Shown here: positions 28,696-38,106 of the stretch, piece after piece
How positions within the stretch are numbered: position 1 is the stretch's first letter
How the letters are laid out: each line of letters starts with the position of its first letter
From: Candidatus Undinarchaeota archaeon
GTDB lineage: Archaea; SpSt-1190; JASMDC01
Length of the DNA stretch: 64,000 nt
Assembly (NCBI GenBank): GCA_964519305.1
Contig: CAZFHY010000006.1
Location: forward strand, 64,001-128,000
Direction of reading: 5' to 3'
Program-made: the position numbers and the translations under genes
Notes under the pieces: generated by a model
Seen by the model: only the letters and a program-made list of their open reading frames with translations
What the model was told of the DNA's origin: nothing
Database searches by the model: none

Positions 28696-29745
28696 CTGAA
28701 CAGAAAGCTCGTGTTCACTGTCGTACTGGGACTGGCCGTTGCCATAGCCATGTTCTGGACTGAGGACCCGACGGAACTGTCGCGTGTGTGGTCGACGGCC
28801 CGTAACGACTACCTGCTGGCCGGCGTGCTCCTCGTCATCATCACCCTCTTCATCAACACGGTCCGCTGGTATACGCTACTCCATCAGCTCGGCTATGATG
28901 CAGGGTTCATCGACGTGTTCTGTCAAGTGAGCGGCCCCTTCGTGGTCTCCTCCCTCACTCCCGGCCGTGCCGGCGAGGTGTTCAAGCTCTATGCCGCAAA
29001 GCGCATCAGCTGCATCGATGTATCCCACTCCAGTGCTGCGCTCCTTATCGAGCGCGCGTGCGATCTGTCCGTGATGACCTCCTTCATCCTCTTGGGGCTT
29101 GTGACCGGCCTCGAACCGCAGTTGGGCGCCTATGCCTCCGCTGCGTACGCCACAGTGGCGTTCACCATGACGGTCATCGCGGTGATAGTGCTCTCGGTGC
29201 GCCACCCGGGCGTGCTGGCGATGGTGGTCCGTGTGCTCGAACTGGGGGGCCGTGTCGGACTGCCCGGGTGCGGACGTGGCGCCAAGAAGATCGATGAGTG
29301 CGCTCCCGCCTTCCACTCGGTCGCAGGACGGATCAACCTGCCTCTTATACTCGGCATCACGGCGTGCGTGTGGGTGCTCGACGTTGCGCGTATGTGGGTG
29401 CTGTTCAAGGCACTGGGCGTCAACGTTCCGCTGGTGCCCATAGGGTTCGTGTACTGTCTTTCCCTCCTGTTGGGCATAGTGTCCTATGTCCCTGGTGGAC
29501 TGGGGGTCACCGAGGGTTCAATGGTCGTGCTGTTCGGGCTGTTCGCCGTACCCGGGACCCAGGCAAAGATCGCCGTTCTCATCGAGAGGGTGTTCTCGTT
29601 CTGGCTGGCCCTCTTCATCGGGAGCATGGCCCTCTCCTACAAGGCCGACGTGCTGCTGTTCGACCTGTCCTCGGGAGATATGCCGGACCTGACCGACGCG
29701 GAAGCCGCCACATGCCCCGCGGACGAGGACGATGAAACTAAGTAA
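28696..29745 (+). CDS. Lysylphosphatidylglycerol-synthase-TM / AglD2-like flippase-family protein
   Basis: TPGRAGEVFK, IERACDL, PGGLGVTEG motifs; homology to the paralog begins at CTG 28696 (next canonical start GTG 28711). Confidence 0.85.
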   Translation: MNRKLVFTVVLGLAVAIAMFWTEDPTELSRVWSTARNDYLLAGVLLVIITLFINTVRWYTLLHQLGYDAGFIDVFCQVSGPFVVSSLTPGRAGEVFKLYAAKRISCIDVSHSSAALLIERACDLSVMTSFILLGLVTGLEPQLGAYASAAYATVAFTMTVIAVIVLSVRHPGVLAMVVRVLELGGRVGLPGCGRGAKKIDECAPAFHSVAGRINLPLILGITACVWVLDVARMWVLFKALGVNVPLVPIGFVYCLSLLLGIVSYVPGGLGVTEGSMVVLFGLFAVPGTQAKIAVLIERVFSFWLALFIGSMALSYKADVLLFDLSSGDMPDLTDAEAATCPADEDDETK

Positions 29746-29779
29746 CTTCTTATAGGAGCGTCGTCTGTCATTCGGACAG

Positions 29780-30832
29780 GTGGACCGCCTGAACAAAAAG
29801 CTCCTGCTCACCAGTGCCTTGGGCGCCGCCGTCCTCGCCGTCATGTTATGGTCGGTCGGCCCCGAACGCTTGACGGAGCTCGTGTCCGGGGCGCGACCGG
29901 GCTATATAGTCGCCGCAGCGCTCGCTATAGTGGTCCTCAACGTGATCGCCACGTTCCGCTGGCACCTGCTCATGTCGTCGCTCGGGTACGTGCTGACCCT
30001 CTGGGACACGTATTTCCAGATTAGTGGTGCTTTCCTTCTCTCGACTCTCACCCCGGGCCGTGCCGGCGAAGTGTTCCGGTTATACCTCTCCAAGCGTATC
30101 AGCGATATCGACGCCTCCCACTCCGGCGCTGCGCTCCTCATCGAGCGCGCATGTGACCTTTCGGTGATGGCCGCTCTCATTCTTCTGGGGCTGGTGACCG
30201 GTATGGGGGCGCAGTTGGGCGCCTTCGGGGACGCTGCCCGGGTCACCGTGGGTGTGACCTTCCTAATCGTCGCCATGCTCGTGCTCTCGGTGCGCCACCG
30301 GTGGGCGATGGGCCTGGTGGTCCGGATCCTCTCTTTTGGAGGGCGACGAGGGCTCCCCGGGTGCGCGCGCGGTGCGCAGAAGATCGAGGAGAGCATCCCC
30401 GCGTTCCTATCGGTTGCACGTCGGGTGAGCGTGCCCGCTGTGTTCGGGATGACCTTGCTGATCTGGGCGTCCCAGGTCGCAAGGATGTGGTTCGTATGTG
30501 TCGCAGTAGGAGCCGAAGTGTCACCGATGGTCGTGGGCCTGGCCTACTGTCTCGGTATCCTTCTGGGTGTCGTGTCCTACATTCCTGGTGGGCTCGTGGT
30601 CACCGAGGGCACCATGGTCGGACTGCTCGTCGTGCACGGTGTGCCGACGGACATAGCGACGGTGGCCGTGGTGATCGACCGGCTGTTCGCCTACTGGGCC
30701 GCAGTAGTGGTCGGTGTGATGTCCCTTTCCTACAAGGCGGACGTGCTGTTGTTCGACTTCTCATCCGGCGAGATGCCGGACATGGTCGACGAGGAGACGG
30801 CGACCTGTCCCCCGGACGATGATGAAGAGTAG
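29780..30832 (+). CDS. Flippase-family protein (tandem paralog)
   Basis: TPGRAGEVFR, IERACDL, PGGLVVTEG; same acidic C-terminal tail as the upstream copy. Confidence 0.85.
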   Translation: MDRLNKKLLLTSALGAAVLAVMLWSVGPERLTELVSGARPGYIVAAALAIVVLNVIATFRWHLLMSSLGYVLTLWDTYFQISGAFLLSTLTPGRAGEVFRLYLSKRISDIDASHSGAALLIERACDLSVMAALILLGLVTGMGAQLGAFGDAARVTVGVTFLIVAMLVLSVRHRWAMGLVVRILSFGGRRGLPGCARGAQKIEESIPAFLSVARRVSVPAVFGMTLLIWASQVARMWFVCVAVGAEVSPMVVGLAYCLGILLGVVSYIPGGLVVTEGTMVGLLVVHGVPTDIATVAVVIDRLFAYWAAVVVGVMSLSYKADVLLFDFSSGEMPDMVDEETATCPPDDDEE

Positions 30833-30850
30833 TGGGACGTGTTCTGACAC

Positions 30851-30955
30851 GTGATAAGTACTGTATAGTTATGATGCAGTGTCAACTTCAGTCATAGTCC
30901 ACTACATCTCTCAGTGATGGTTGGACGCTCCCGGTTTAGAATACTTGCGCGTAAC
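30851..30955 (+). repeat. Left arm of long imperfect inverted repeat (partner 33484-33591)
   Basis: TGCAGTGTCAACTTCA (30875-30890), AGTCCAC, CAGTGATGGTT and CTTGCGCGTAAC all recur in order as reverse complements at 33484-33563. Confidence 0.85.
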
Positions 30956-31276
30956 TGTTTCGCAAAGGTACCGGGACACAGAGAATTACTGAATTTTTGT
31001 TCAGTAACATGTGGATACCCTCTGTCGCCCTCATGGAAGCGAAAGGGCACAAGCTTCCCTTCAACAGTCAGCTAGCCAGAAGTCACCACATAGTACGACC
31101 GTTCCAAAAAAGTACAGTAGACGCTGTATCTTCCTGCCATCACGCGAACATTGCGCGGACGTATCCCTGCCCAATCCTCCCACCTCGATATTGTAGGTGA
31201 CGTGCCAGCAATGTCGCGTCTTGGGGGGCCCGGCCCGGTATCGAAAAGAATATATTATATTCACCCGTTAAGTCCC

Positions 31277-33031
31277 ATGGAAGGTGATCCGGTGGCAAGT
31301 AGAATCCTAACACTTTCATCTAGGAGTAACTCCGCTGGCCAGGCGGCCATGGAGTTCCTGATGAGCTACGGCTGGATGCTGGTGATCATCGTCATCGGCG
31401 GTGCCGCGATGTACTCCATGGGCATCCTCAACCCGGGCACCTACCAGAAGAAGGGCTGCGTCGGGTTCGAGAAGATCCATTACCGCGACCACCTGTTCCG
31501 CGGTACGGGCGAGGTCGGGCTGTGGACGGTGTGGTCGTCAGAGACCGAGCGCGAAAGCCAGTTCCAACTGCGTATGCAGAACGGGGCCGGGATCACCCTC
31601 CGCATCCGGGGCATCGACGTGGAGTATCCCGAGGGCGTGCACGTGACGTGGTCCGAGCGCGGCTACGACTGCGACTACTACAACACCGCTGACGACACCG
31701 ACTCGGGCTGCCAGGAGCAGAACGTGTCCGAGGGGGATCTCGCCACCCTCTCCATCGAGGACGTGGGGCGGGGGACTCTGGACCTGCGACACGGCGCCGT
31801 GTACCGCAGCAAGGTCAAGGTGACGTTCGACGCGTTCAACGCGCTGGAAGATCACTCTGAGGTGGCCATCTGCTGTGGCAAGATCGAGGGCGGCTCGACC
31901 GCGTCCACATCGGGCGGCGGGAGCGGTTCGGGGTCCGGAACCGGTAGCGGTACGGGCTCCGGTACAGGTACTGGCAGCGGTACGGGATCCGGGACCGGGA
32001 GCGGCACCGGGGCGTCCTGGGGCCCCTGCATGGCCACGTGGGAGAAGGACGACGGATCGGACTACGAGATCATGTATGCCTCGTGGAACGGCGCGTGGAG
32101 CACCGCCGCCAAGGTGACCGACAACGCAATCTATGATAGCGCTCCTTCAATATCCTGCACCTCGTCGTCGTACTGCATGGCCGTCTGGTTCGCGTACGAC
32201 GGATCGGACTACGAAATCATGTACGCTACGTGGAACGGCGCCGCGTGGAGCGCCGCCGCCGCGGTGACCGACAACGCGGTCTCCGATACCAATCCCATCG
32301 TGTCATGCCCGACCACGTCCTTCTGCATGGCCACGTGGAACGGGCATGACGGGGACAGCGAGATCATGTACGCTACGTGGAACGGCGCCGCGTGGAGCGC
32401 CGCTGCCAAGGTGACCGACAACGCACTCTCCGAGTCCATGTCCTCCGTGTCCTGCGCCACATCGTCGTCCTGTATGACCGCGTGGCGCGTCCTAGATGGG
32501 AATTACGAGATCAGGTCCGCCGCATGGAACGGTGCTTCTTTGAGCGATGCCGAGGTGACCGACTTCGCGTACAACGACATCCAGCCCTCCGTCTCCTGCC
32601 CCTCGGCGAGCTCCTGCATGGTCACGTGGAGCAGGCACCAGGGGTCCAGCGGCGGGGACTACGAGATCATGTCCGCTACGTGGAACGGCGCCGTATGGAG
32701 CGCTGCCGCCCTGGTGTGCGACAACTCGGACCAAGACTACGAGCCCACCGTGTCCTGCCCGACCACGTCCTTCTGCATGGCCACTTGGCACGCGTCCGGC
32801 GTCGGGATCAAGTACGCCTCTTGGAACGGCGCCTCGTGGGGCGCGGAGGCGACGGTTGTCGGATCGGGGATCAATCCCCAGGTATCATGCACGACATCGA
32901 GCTCGTGCATGGTGGTGTACTCCGTGAACGATATCAAGAGCGCTACATGGAACGGGAGCTCATGGAGCGACGCGGGGACGGTGGACACCGCCGCAGGCAC
33001 GAACTATCCGTACGTCTCGTGCGTGGGGTGA
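31277..33031 (+). CDS. Type IV pilin-like (class III signal peptide) adhesin with GS/GT linker and Cys-containing beta-repeat domain
   Basis: SAG|QAAMEFLMSYGWMLVIIVIGG class III signal; (GSGT)n linker; ~7 repeats of DYEIMYATWNGAAWSAAA.VTDN....P.VSC.T.S.CM..W. Confidence 0.85.
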   Translation: MEGDPVASRILTLSSRSNSAGQAAMEFLMSYGWMLVIIVIGGAAMYSMGILNPGTYQKKGCVGFEKIHYRDHLFRGTGEVGLWTVWSSETERESQFQLRMQNGAGITLRIRGIDVEYPEGVHVTWSERGYDCDYYNTADDTDSGCQEQNVSEGDLATLSIEDVGRGTLDLRHGAVYRSKVKVTFDAFNALEDHSEVAICCGKIEGGSTASTSGGGSGSGSGTGSGTGSGTGTGSGTGSGTGSGTGASWGPCMATWEKDDGSDYEIMYASWNGAWSTAAKVTDNAIYDSAPSISCTSSSYCMAVWFAYDGSDYEIMYATWNGAAWSAAAAVTDNAVSDTNPIVSCPTTSFCMATWNGHDGDSEIMYATWNGAAWSAAAKVTDNALSESMSSVSCATSSSCMTAWRVLDGNYEIRSAAWNGASLSDAEVTDFAYNDIQPSVSCPSASSCMVTWSRHQGSSGGDYEIMSATWNGAVWSAAALVCDNSDQDYEPTVSCPTTSFCMATWHASGVGIKYASWNGASWGAEATVVGSGINPQVSCTTSSSCMVVYSVNDIKSATWNGSSWSDAGTVDTAAGTNYPYVSCVG

Positions 33032-33402
33032 GCCGCGGCGGGGGCACCGTGGACGGGAGCGGGAACGTGTACTTGGTGGATACCGAGAACCACCGCATCC
33101 AGAAGTTTACCTCGACAGGGACCTTCATCACAGAGTGGGGAGGCGGGGGCACGGGCGACGGGCAGTTCTCCACCCCACAGGGAATTGATATCGACACCTC
33201 CGGAAGGGTGTATGTCGCCGACGCGGGCAACAACCGCATTCAGGTGTTCGACACGGACGGAACCTTCATCACGAAGTGGGGGAGTTGGGGTACGGGCGAC
33301 GGGGAGTTAATCACCCCGAGCAATATGATCACGGTCGGGAGCGATACCATCTACGTCGTGGAATCGGGGAACAACCGGGTGCAGAAGTTCACCATATCGT
33401 AG
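33028..33402 (+). CDS. Orphan NHL-repeat module (partial beta-propeller)
   Basis: GNVYLVDTENHRIQKF, GDGQFSTPQGIDID, VYVADAGNNRIQVF; begins mid-blade at a GTG overlapping the pilin stop (GTGA); no signal peptide. Confidence 0.75.
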   Translation: MSRGGGTVDGSGNVYLVDTENHRIQKFTSTGTFITEWGGGGTGDGQFSTPQGIDIDTSGRVYVADAGNNRIQVFDTDGTFITKWGSWGTGDGELITPSNMITVGSDTIYVVESGNNRVQKFTIS

Positions 33403-33483
33403 CGGACCGTTGTAAGTGGTGCCCCTGTCGCGTCCAGGGGGGCGGACCTACCTGACCGCTGGACGTGAGGTCATCCCGCGACC

Positions 33484-33591
33484 GTTACACGCAAGTGTTT
33501 TAATCTGGAGTACCTAACCATCACTGTGAGGATGGGTGGACTCTTGTTGAAGTTGACACTGCACAAAAGTTTCTGAGTACCCTTGCATCAC
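33484..33591 (-). repeat. Right arm of long imperfect inverted repeat (partner 30851-30955)
   Basis: TGAAGTTGACACTGCA at 33548-33563 is the exact reverse complement of 30875-30890; AACCATCACTG and GTTACACGCAAG also match. Confidence 0.85.
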
Positions 33592-33605
33592 TTCCTACCA
33601 GAGTC

Positions 33606-34331
33606 CTAGAACTCAACCCTTTCTCCCGGTCGCAGGGTACGCACCTTGATGCCTGGCTCCCGTTCACGCGCCAACCTCTCCAGCTCCTCGGGGCGTCCCG
33701 AATGGAAGGATAAGGGCGGTAGGCTCATCCAGGCACCACCCTCGTGGATGGGGATGACTTTGCTAGCGCCAAGTTCCACTGCGGCCTGGAGGGCCTGGGC
33801 AGGGGTCATGACGATGCGGCGGCCAAGCACCCGGGAGCCGCCTATAGGGAGCATGGCCACGTCGATGGTGAAGCGCCGGCCAATATCGGTGAACCCGTGA
33901 TGGTACTTCGTATCGCCGCCGAAGAACAGGCTCGTGGACCCGTCCTGGAGGACGAAGTTGATCTCGCCGTCCGGATGGTCCGCCTCGGTAGCGGTGATGG
34001 TGACCCCTCCCTGCTCCTGGACGTCGCCCGGGACCATGTCCACGACCTCCTTCGCTCCCAGGTCGCGAGCGAAACGCGCCGTCCCCTCAGGCCCGAGGAT
34101 GGTTGTCTTGGCCAGGTCCATACGGCTTAAAGAGCGCCGGTCGAAGTGGTCCGGGTGGAGATGTGAGGCGACAATCAGGTCGATGGGTGGCAGGTCCTTG
34201 AGCTCGATACCGGGGCGCTGGTAGCAGGGCAGTCCCCGTAACTGCATGCAGAACCAGGGGTCGGTGAGGACCGTGAGCCCCTCGAACCGCAGCAGGAGCG
34301 TAGAGGTCCGGACGAATGTGACGTCCACCAC
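33606..34331 (-). CDS. MBL-fold metallo-hydrolase
   Basis: VLTDPWF, SHLHPDHFD, FFGGDT, MLPIGG, VIPIH. Confidence 0.9.
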   Translation of the reverse strand: MVDVTFVRTSTLLLRFEGLTVLTDPWFCMQLRGLPCYQRPGIELKDLPPIDLIVASHLHPDHFDRRSLSRMDLAKTTILGPEGTARFARDLGAKEVVDMVPGDVQEQGGVTITATEADHPDGEINFVLQDGSTSLFFGGDTKYHHGFTDIGRRFTIDVAMLPIGGSRVLGRRIVMTPAQALQAAVELGASKVIPIHEGGAWMSLPPLSFHSGRPEELERLAREREPGIKVRTLRPGERVEF

Positions 34332-34356
34332 GCTCCCGGGATAGGGGGCAAACGTT

Positions 34357-34875
34357 TTATGTCCCATCCTCCGGCGGAGCACGCAGTGCTGCCCAGGGCC
34401 TTACGCCTCTTGAGACCATCACTGCGAATCCGCCCCATCCGACCGCTAGCAGCAGAAGCTGTGCGGCGATGAATACCTCCCGGGGGAACAGCCCCCACGT
34501 CGACACCAGACACACGGTCTCGGAGAACGGGCGCAGGCACCGAGCATTACCTTCCCAGAGGATAGGGAGGCCTATGCCCAGATCGATAGCGGCGTGGAGC
34601 AGAACACCAGCTAGGCACACGGGCAGGACACGACGGAACCGTTGCGGGTCCCTGGCGAGCATCCACGCGACCACGGCCGCTAGCAATGGCAGAACGATAA
34701 GGTTGCCCATCACGGTAGCATGGGTGCGTGCCAGCACGCTCCACCCGAACACCACCATCACCAGGTCTATGTCCGGTACCACGCTGGCCACGAGGAACGC
34801 GCGGGTCCGCTCCCGGTCCAGTCCCTGTCTAGAGGCGATAAGGAGCGCGAGCATGTAATGTGTGAGCGGGTCCAT
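34357..34875 (-). CDS. Membrane metal-dependent hydrolase (YdjM-like)
   Basis: MDPLTH, VPDID, LLHAAIDL and TM helices. Confidence 0.8.
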   Translation of the reverse strand: MDPLTHYMLALLIASRQGLDRERTRAFLVASVVPDIDLVMVVFGWSVLARTHATVMGNLIVLPLLAAVVAWMLARDPQRFRRVLPVCLAGVLLHAAIDLGIGLPILWEGNARCLRPFSETVCLVSTWGLFPREVFIAAQLLLLAVGWGGFAVMVSRGVRPWAALRAPPEDGT

Positions 34876-34879
34876 GGGT

Positions 34880-36295
34880 TCACCCGCGGCCTAGGAGCCG
34901 GCGGGCGGCCTTGGCACCTGCCCAAGCCATAGTGCGGACCTGAGCGTCACCCTTCAGAGCGGCGAGCGTCTGCCGTCCCACGTACCCGGGGCGCAGGTAG
35001 AAGGCCCGGTTGATGCGCTGCCAGTACTCCCGGAGAAGCTCGGGTGGTGCGGTGGGATTCTCCATCACGGTCTCGTTGAGGAACACGTACCGCTCCCAGT
35101 CGTCCGTCTGCAGGAGATCGTTCTTCTCGGCCCATGCGTGGAGCCCGGTGCCCGGGTACGGTGTGGCGAAGGACACCTGAAGGTAGTCGCAGTCGACCTC
35201 CTGGACGAGCTGGAGCGTCTCCTCCAGCGTCTCCTGGGTCTCCCCCGGCAGTCCCAGCATAAGGAATCCCATGGTCTTGATGCCCTCGTCGTGCGCCAAC
35301 GTGAAGGCGTTCTTGATCTGCTCCACGGTGATGCCCTTGCGCATGGCGTTGAGGAGTTTCTGGGAGCCGGACTCTATACCGAACTCGATGAGGTCGCACC
35401 CCGCTTCGTGCATGGCCGCCAGCACGTCCTTGTCCACGGTGTCGGCCCGCGTGAGGGCCTTCCACCGCAGGTCGTCGGGCAGACCCCGTTCTACGAGCTC
35501 ATGGCACAGCTCGATCGACCATGAACGGTCCACGGCGAACGTGTCGTCCAGGAAAGAGATGAGCTTGACGCCGAACTCGCGCCTGTCCCGCTCTATCTCC
35601 TCGGCGACGTTCCGCGGGGAACGTGTGCGCAGCGTCCCACCGAACACCCAGGGGCATGAGCAGTAGATGCACCGGCCCGGGCAGCCACGGACAGCAATTA
35701 CCGTGGAGAAATGATCAGATTCAGGCGCCCTGTACCGTTCCATGGGCAGGAGATGGAGGGCTGGGAATGGCAGGTCGTCCAGTGGGTCCACCAGCGGTCG
35801 TTGTGGCCCGTGCACTATCCTCTTGCCTTTACGGAGCGACACACCGGCCACCCGGGATAGCTTGCTAGGACCTTCCGGGAGCGAGTCCACCAGCTCGGGG
35901 AGGGTGCGCTCCCCCTCACCACGCACCAGCATATCGATAGATGGGAGCCGTGTGAGGGTCTGGTCCGGGACCATGCTGGCATGGACACCGCCCAGAACTG
36001 TGGTCGTTTCAGGTCGCAGGGTCTTGACACCATGGGCGATGCGGCCGCACAGGTCCGCAGTGGGAGTTGTGGCGGTGAGCCCTACAACGTCGGGTTCGGC
36101 GTCCAGCACCCGACGGACCGCCTCTTCCTCGGAGAGCTGGAGCGCATTGGCGTCAAGTATGTCCACCGGTACGCCGGCCACTTCAAGGCACGCGGCGAGG
36201 TAGGCCAGCCCGAGCGGGGGGCCTACTGATATCTGGGCGATGGCCTCGGTCCGTGACTGGTACGGCGGGTTCACCAGCAGCACGGATGGTGCCAT
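34880..36295 (-). CDS. B12-binding radical SAM protein
   Basis: VLLVNPP, PPLGLAYLAA, GGVHAS, RGEGE, RGCPGRCIYC, GIESGS, GLPGET. Confidence 0.93.
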   Translation of the reverse strand: MAPSVLLVNPPYQSRTEAIAQISVGPPLGLAYLAACLEVAGVPVDILDANALQLSEEEAVRRVLDAEPDVVGLTATTPTADLCGRIAHGVKTLRPETTTVLGGVHASMVPDQTLTRLPSIDMLVRGEGERTLPELVDSLPEGPSKLSRVAGVSLRKGKRIVHGPQRPLVDPLDDLPFPALHLLPMERYRAPESDHFSTVIAVRGCPGRCIYCSCPWVFGGTLRTRSPRNVAEEIERDRREFGVKLISFLDDTFAVDRSWSIELCHELVERGLPDDLRWKALTRADTVDKDVLAAMHEAGCDLIEFGIESGSQKLLNAMRKGITVEQIKNAFTLAHDEGIKTMGFLMLGLPGETQETLEETLQLVQEVDCDYLQVSFATPYPGTGLHAWAEKNDLLQTDDWERYVFLNETVMENPTAPPELLREYWQRINRAFYLRPGYVGRQTLAALKGDAQVRTMAWAGAKAARRLLGRG

Positions 36296-36347
36296 GGTCG
36301 AAAAGGGGCCTGTTACCTTAATAAACGTTACACGGGTTCGTTCCATC

Positions 36348-38102
36348 ATGCTCGGACAGGCAGGGGGGCTTGTGGCAGGTTTCCTGACCTGGACCTATGC
36401 TCTTCTCGTACCGGGACTGCTGTGGGCGCTGGCCCTCTATCCTGGCCGGACGCTCATCTTCACGCTCGTGACAGGCCTGTCGATCGGTCTCTTCGTGATG
36501 CCCGTGGGCGCTTTCATGTTCGCTTGGCTGACCGGCACGGTCGTCTCTGTACCGCTGGTGCTCTCTCTCGCTACCCTGCTCTCTCCGCTGGCCCTTGTCG
36601 TACGATGGCCTCGAGCACCTTCCCGGGGCGATTCCGGGGACGGTGGGGCCGCAGCACTGATCCTGGCGCTCCTTCTCCTAATGGGTGCGCTCTACGAGGG
36701 GACCGCTCTTGGTTACTGGGACACCTACATCGTGGCCCCCGCTCTGTTCATCATCGATGAGCCCATTGCCTTCGTGGACATGAACGGCAACCTCCTGGTG
36801 AACGCCACCCTCACCGGAAAGCTGTTCGACAATCTCAGGGACGATACGACCTATGGCATCATCACAAAGGACCAGCGCCTGGGTGCGGGTGTGCTGGTCT
36901 CGGTCCATGCCCTCCTCCTGGGCGATGTGGGGTTCAGACTGGCCTTCGCCTGCTACCACGCGCTTGGTGCGGCCGCGATCTACCTGGCGGCCCGACTGCT
37001 CTTCAGTTCGTCATGGATGGGCATTGCCGCCGCCACGCTCCTTGGGTTCAACGGGTTCGTGCTCACAGCAGATACCCTCAATCCCAACGCCATCGCCATG
37101 TCCATGAGCGCTGTGATGACCATGTTGCTGCTCCACAGGCCGCGAGGGAGGCAGTGGGCGATCATCGGTCTGCTCCTGGGCACCCTTGGTGGGGTACGGA
37201 ACATCGCACTGCTCTTCGTCCCTGCGGTCATCTGGGCGACCCGGCCCTGGGACCGGCGACGGCTGGTGCTGCTCCTGGCAACGGCCTTCATCCTCAACGC
37301 ACCTTTCCTCGCGTGGAACAGGTTCGCCTTCGGTAGTATGTTCACCCACGCCGCTATGTACGCCGGGTATGAGGGGTGGCGGCCCCAGTTCGAGCACCAG
37401 TTACCGGTCCTGGGCACGTCGTTCAAGTTCAACGGGATGCTCAACTGGCCGTTCTACGATAACATAGTCCGGACACCTCACTTCCCATTTCCTGTGTTCC
37501 TCCTCCTGCCGCTTACTGTCATACGTTCCTTCGGCCTCGTCCTCTCTGCACTGGGGCTCGCTGGCATCGCTTTCCTATGGCGGGACGACCGCGCCGCCAT
37601 TATCCTACTTCTGCTCTGGGCCCTTCCATATTTCATGTTCTTCCTACCGCAGGAGAACTGGTCCGAGCTGAAGATGACCTTCCTCCTCCCTATCTATCCG
37701 GCAATGGTGCTATTGGTCCTGGCCGGTCTGCGCGGATCACGCCCGCTGCACATCGCCGTGTCGCTCCTCCTGCTCATCGTGTTCGTACAAGTGGCCGCGA
37801 CGAGCCAATACGAGCCCGATCCGCGGTGGCCCGAGCGCTTCCCACATTCCATGGCCAACGCGGGCAGGGAGCTGCCCGACGAACTGCGTGATACCCAGTT
37901 CTTCTTCCACCTGCCGGAGAACGATGACGAACTGATCCACCAGCGCCAGCGGTTCACGGCCGGGAACATCTTTCCATCGATCCGCACCGTTCCCCGTGAG
38001 CGTTTGAGCGGTCTGAGAGCGGCCCTCCGGACCGAGATGAGCGAGCGGAACAATGATGGTAGGCGGACCATGATCGCGGTATGGAACTACATCTACGGAT
38101 GA
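36348..38102 (+). CDS. GT-C fold (ArnT/PMT-like) multi-pass membrane glycosyltransferase
   Basis: More than 12 TM segments, WD acidic motif in the first large loop, PFLAWNRFAFGSMF motif typical of GT39/GT83-like proteins. Confidence 0.65.
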   Translation: MLGQAGGLVAGFLTWTYALLVPGLLWALALYPGRTLIFTLVTGLSIGLFVMPVGAFMFAWLTGTVVSVPLVLSLATLLSPLALVVRWPRAPSRGDSGDGGAAALILALLLLMGALYEGTALGYWDTYIVAPALFIIDEPIAFVDMNGNLLVNATLTGKLFDNLRDDTTYGIITKDQRLGAGVLVSVHALLLGDVGFRLAFACYHALGAAAIYLAARLLFSSSWMGIAAATLLGFNGFVLTADTLNPNAIAMSMSAVMTMLLLHRPRGRQWAIIGLLLGTLGGVRNIALLFVPAVIWATRPWDRRRLVLLLATAFILNAPFLAWNRFAFGSMFTHAAMYAGYEGWRPQFEHQLPVLGTSFKFNGMLNWPFYDNIVRTPHFPFPVFLLLPLTVIRSFGLVLSALGLAGIAFLWRDDRAAIILLLLWALPYFMFFLPQENWSELKMTFLLPIYPAMVLLVLAGLRGSRPLHIAVSLLLLIVFVQVAATSQYEPDPRWPERFPHSMANAGRELPDELRDTQFFFHLPENDDELIHQRQRFTAGNIFPSIRTVPRERLSGLRAALRTEMSERNNDGRRTMIAVWNYIYG

Positions 38103-38106
38103 GGTC

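Noticed and set aside
31905-32010. Short tandem repeats that might suggest a CRISPR array or VNTR
   Set aside because: They encode the GSGT linker with synonymous variation; no repeat-spacer structure and no cas genes
33512-33560. Integron attC-like RYYYAAC...GTT pattern within the inverted-repeat arms
   Set aside because: Too short, lacks clear L boxes and internal complementarity, the two copies are inverted rather than direct, and no intI is in the window
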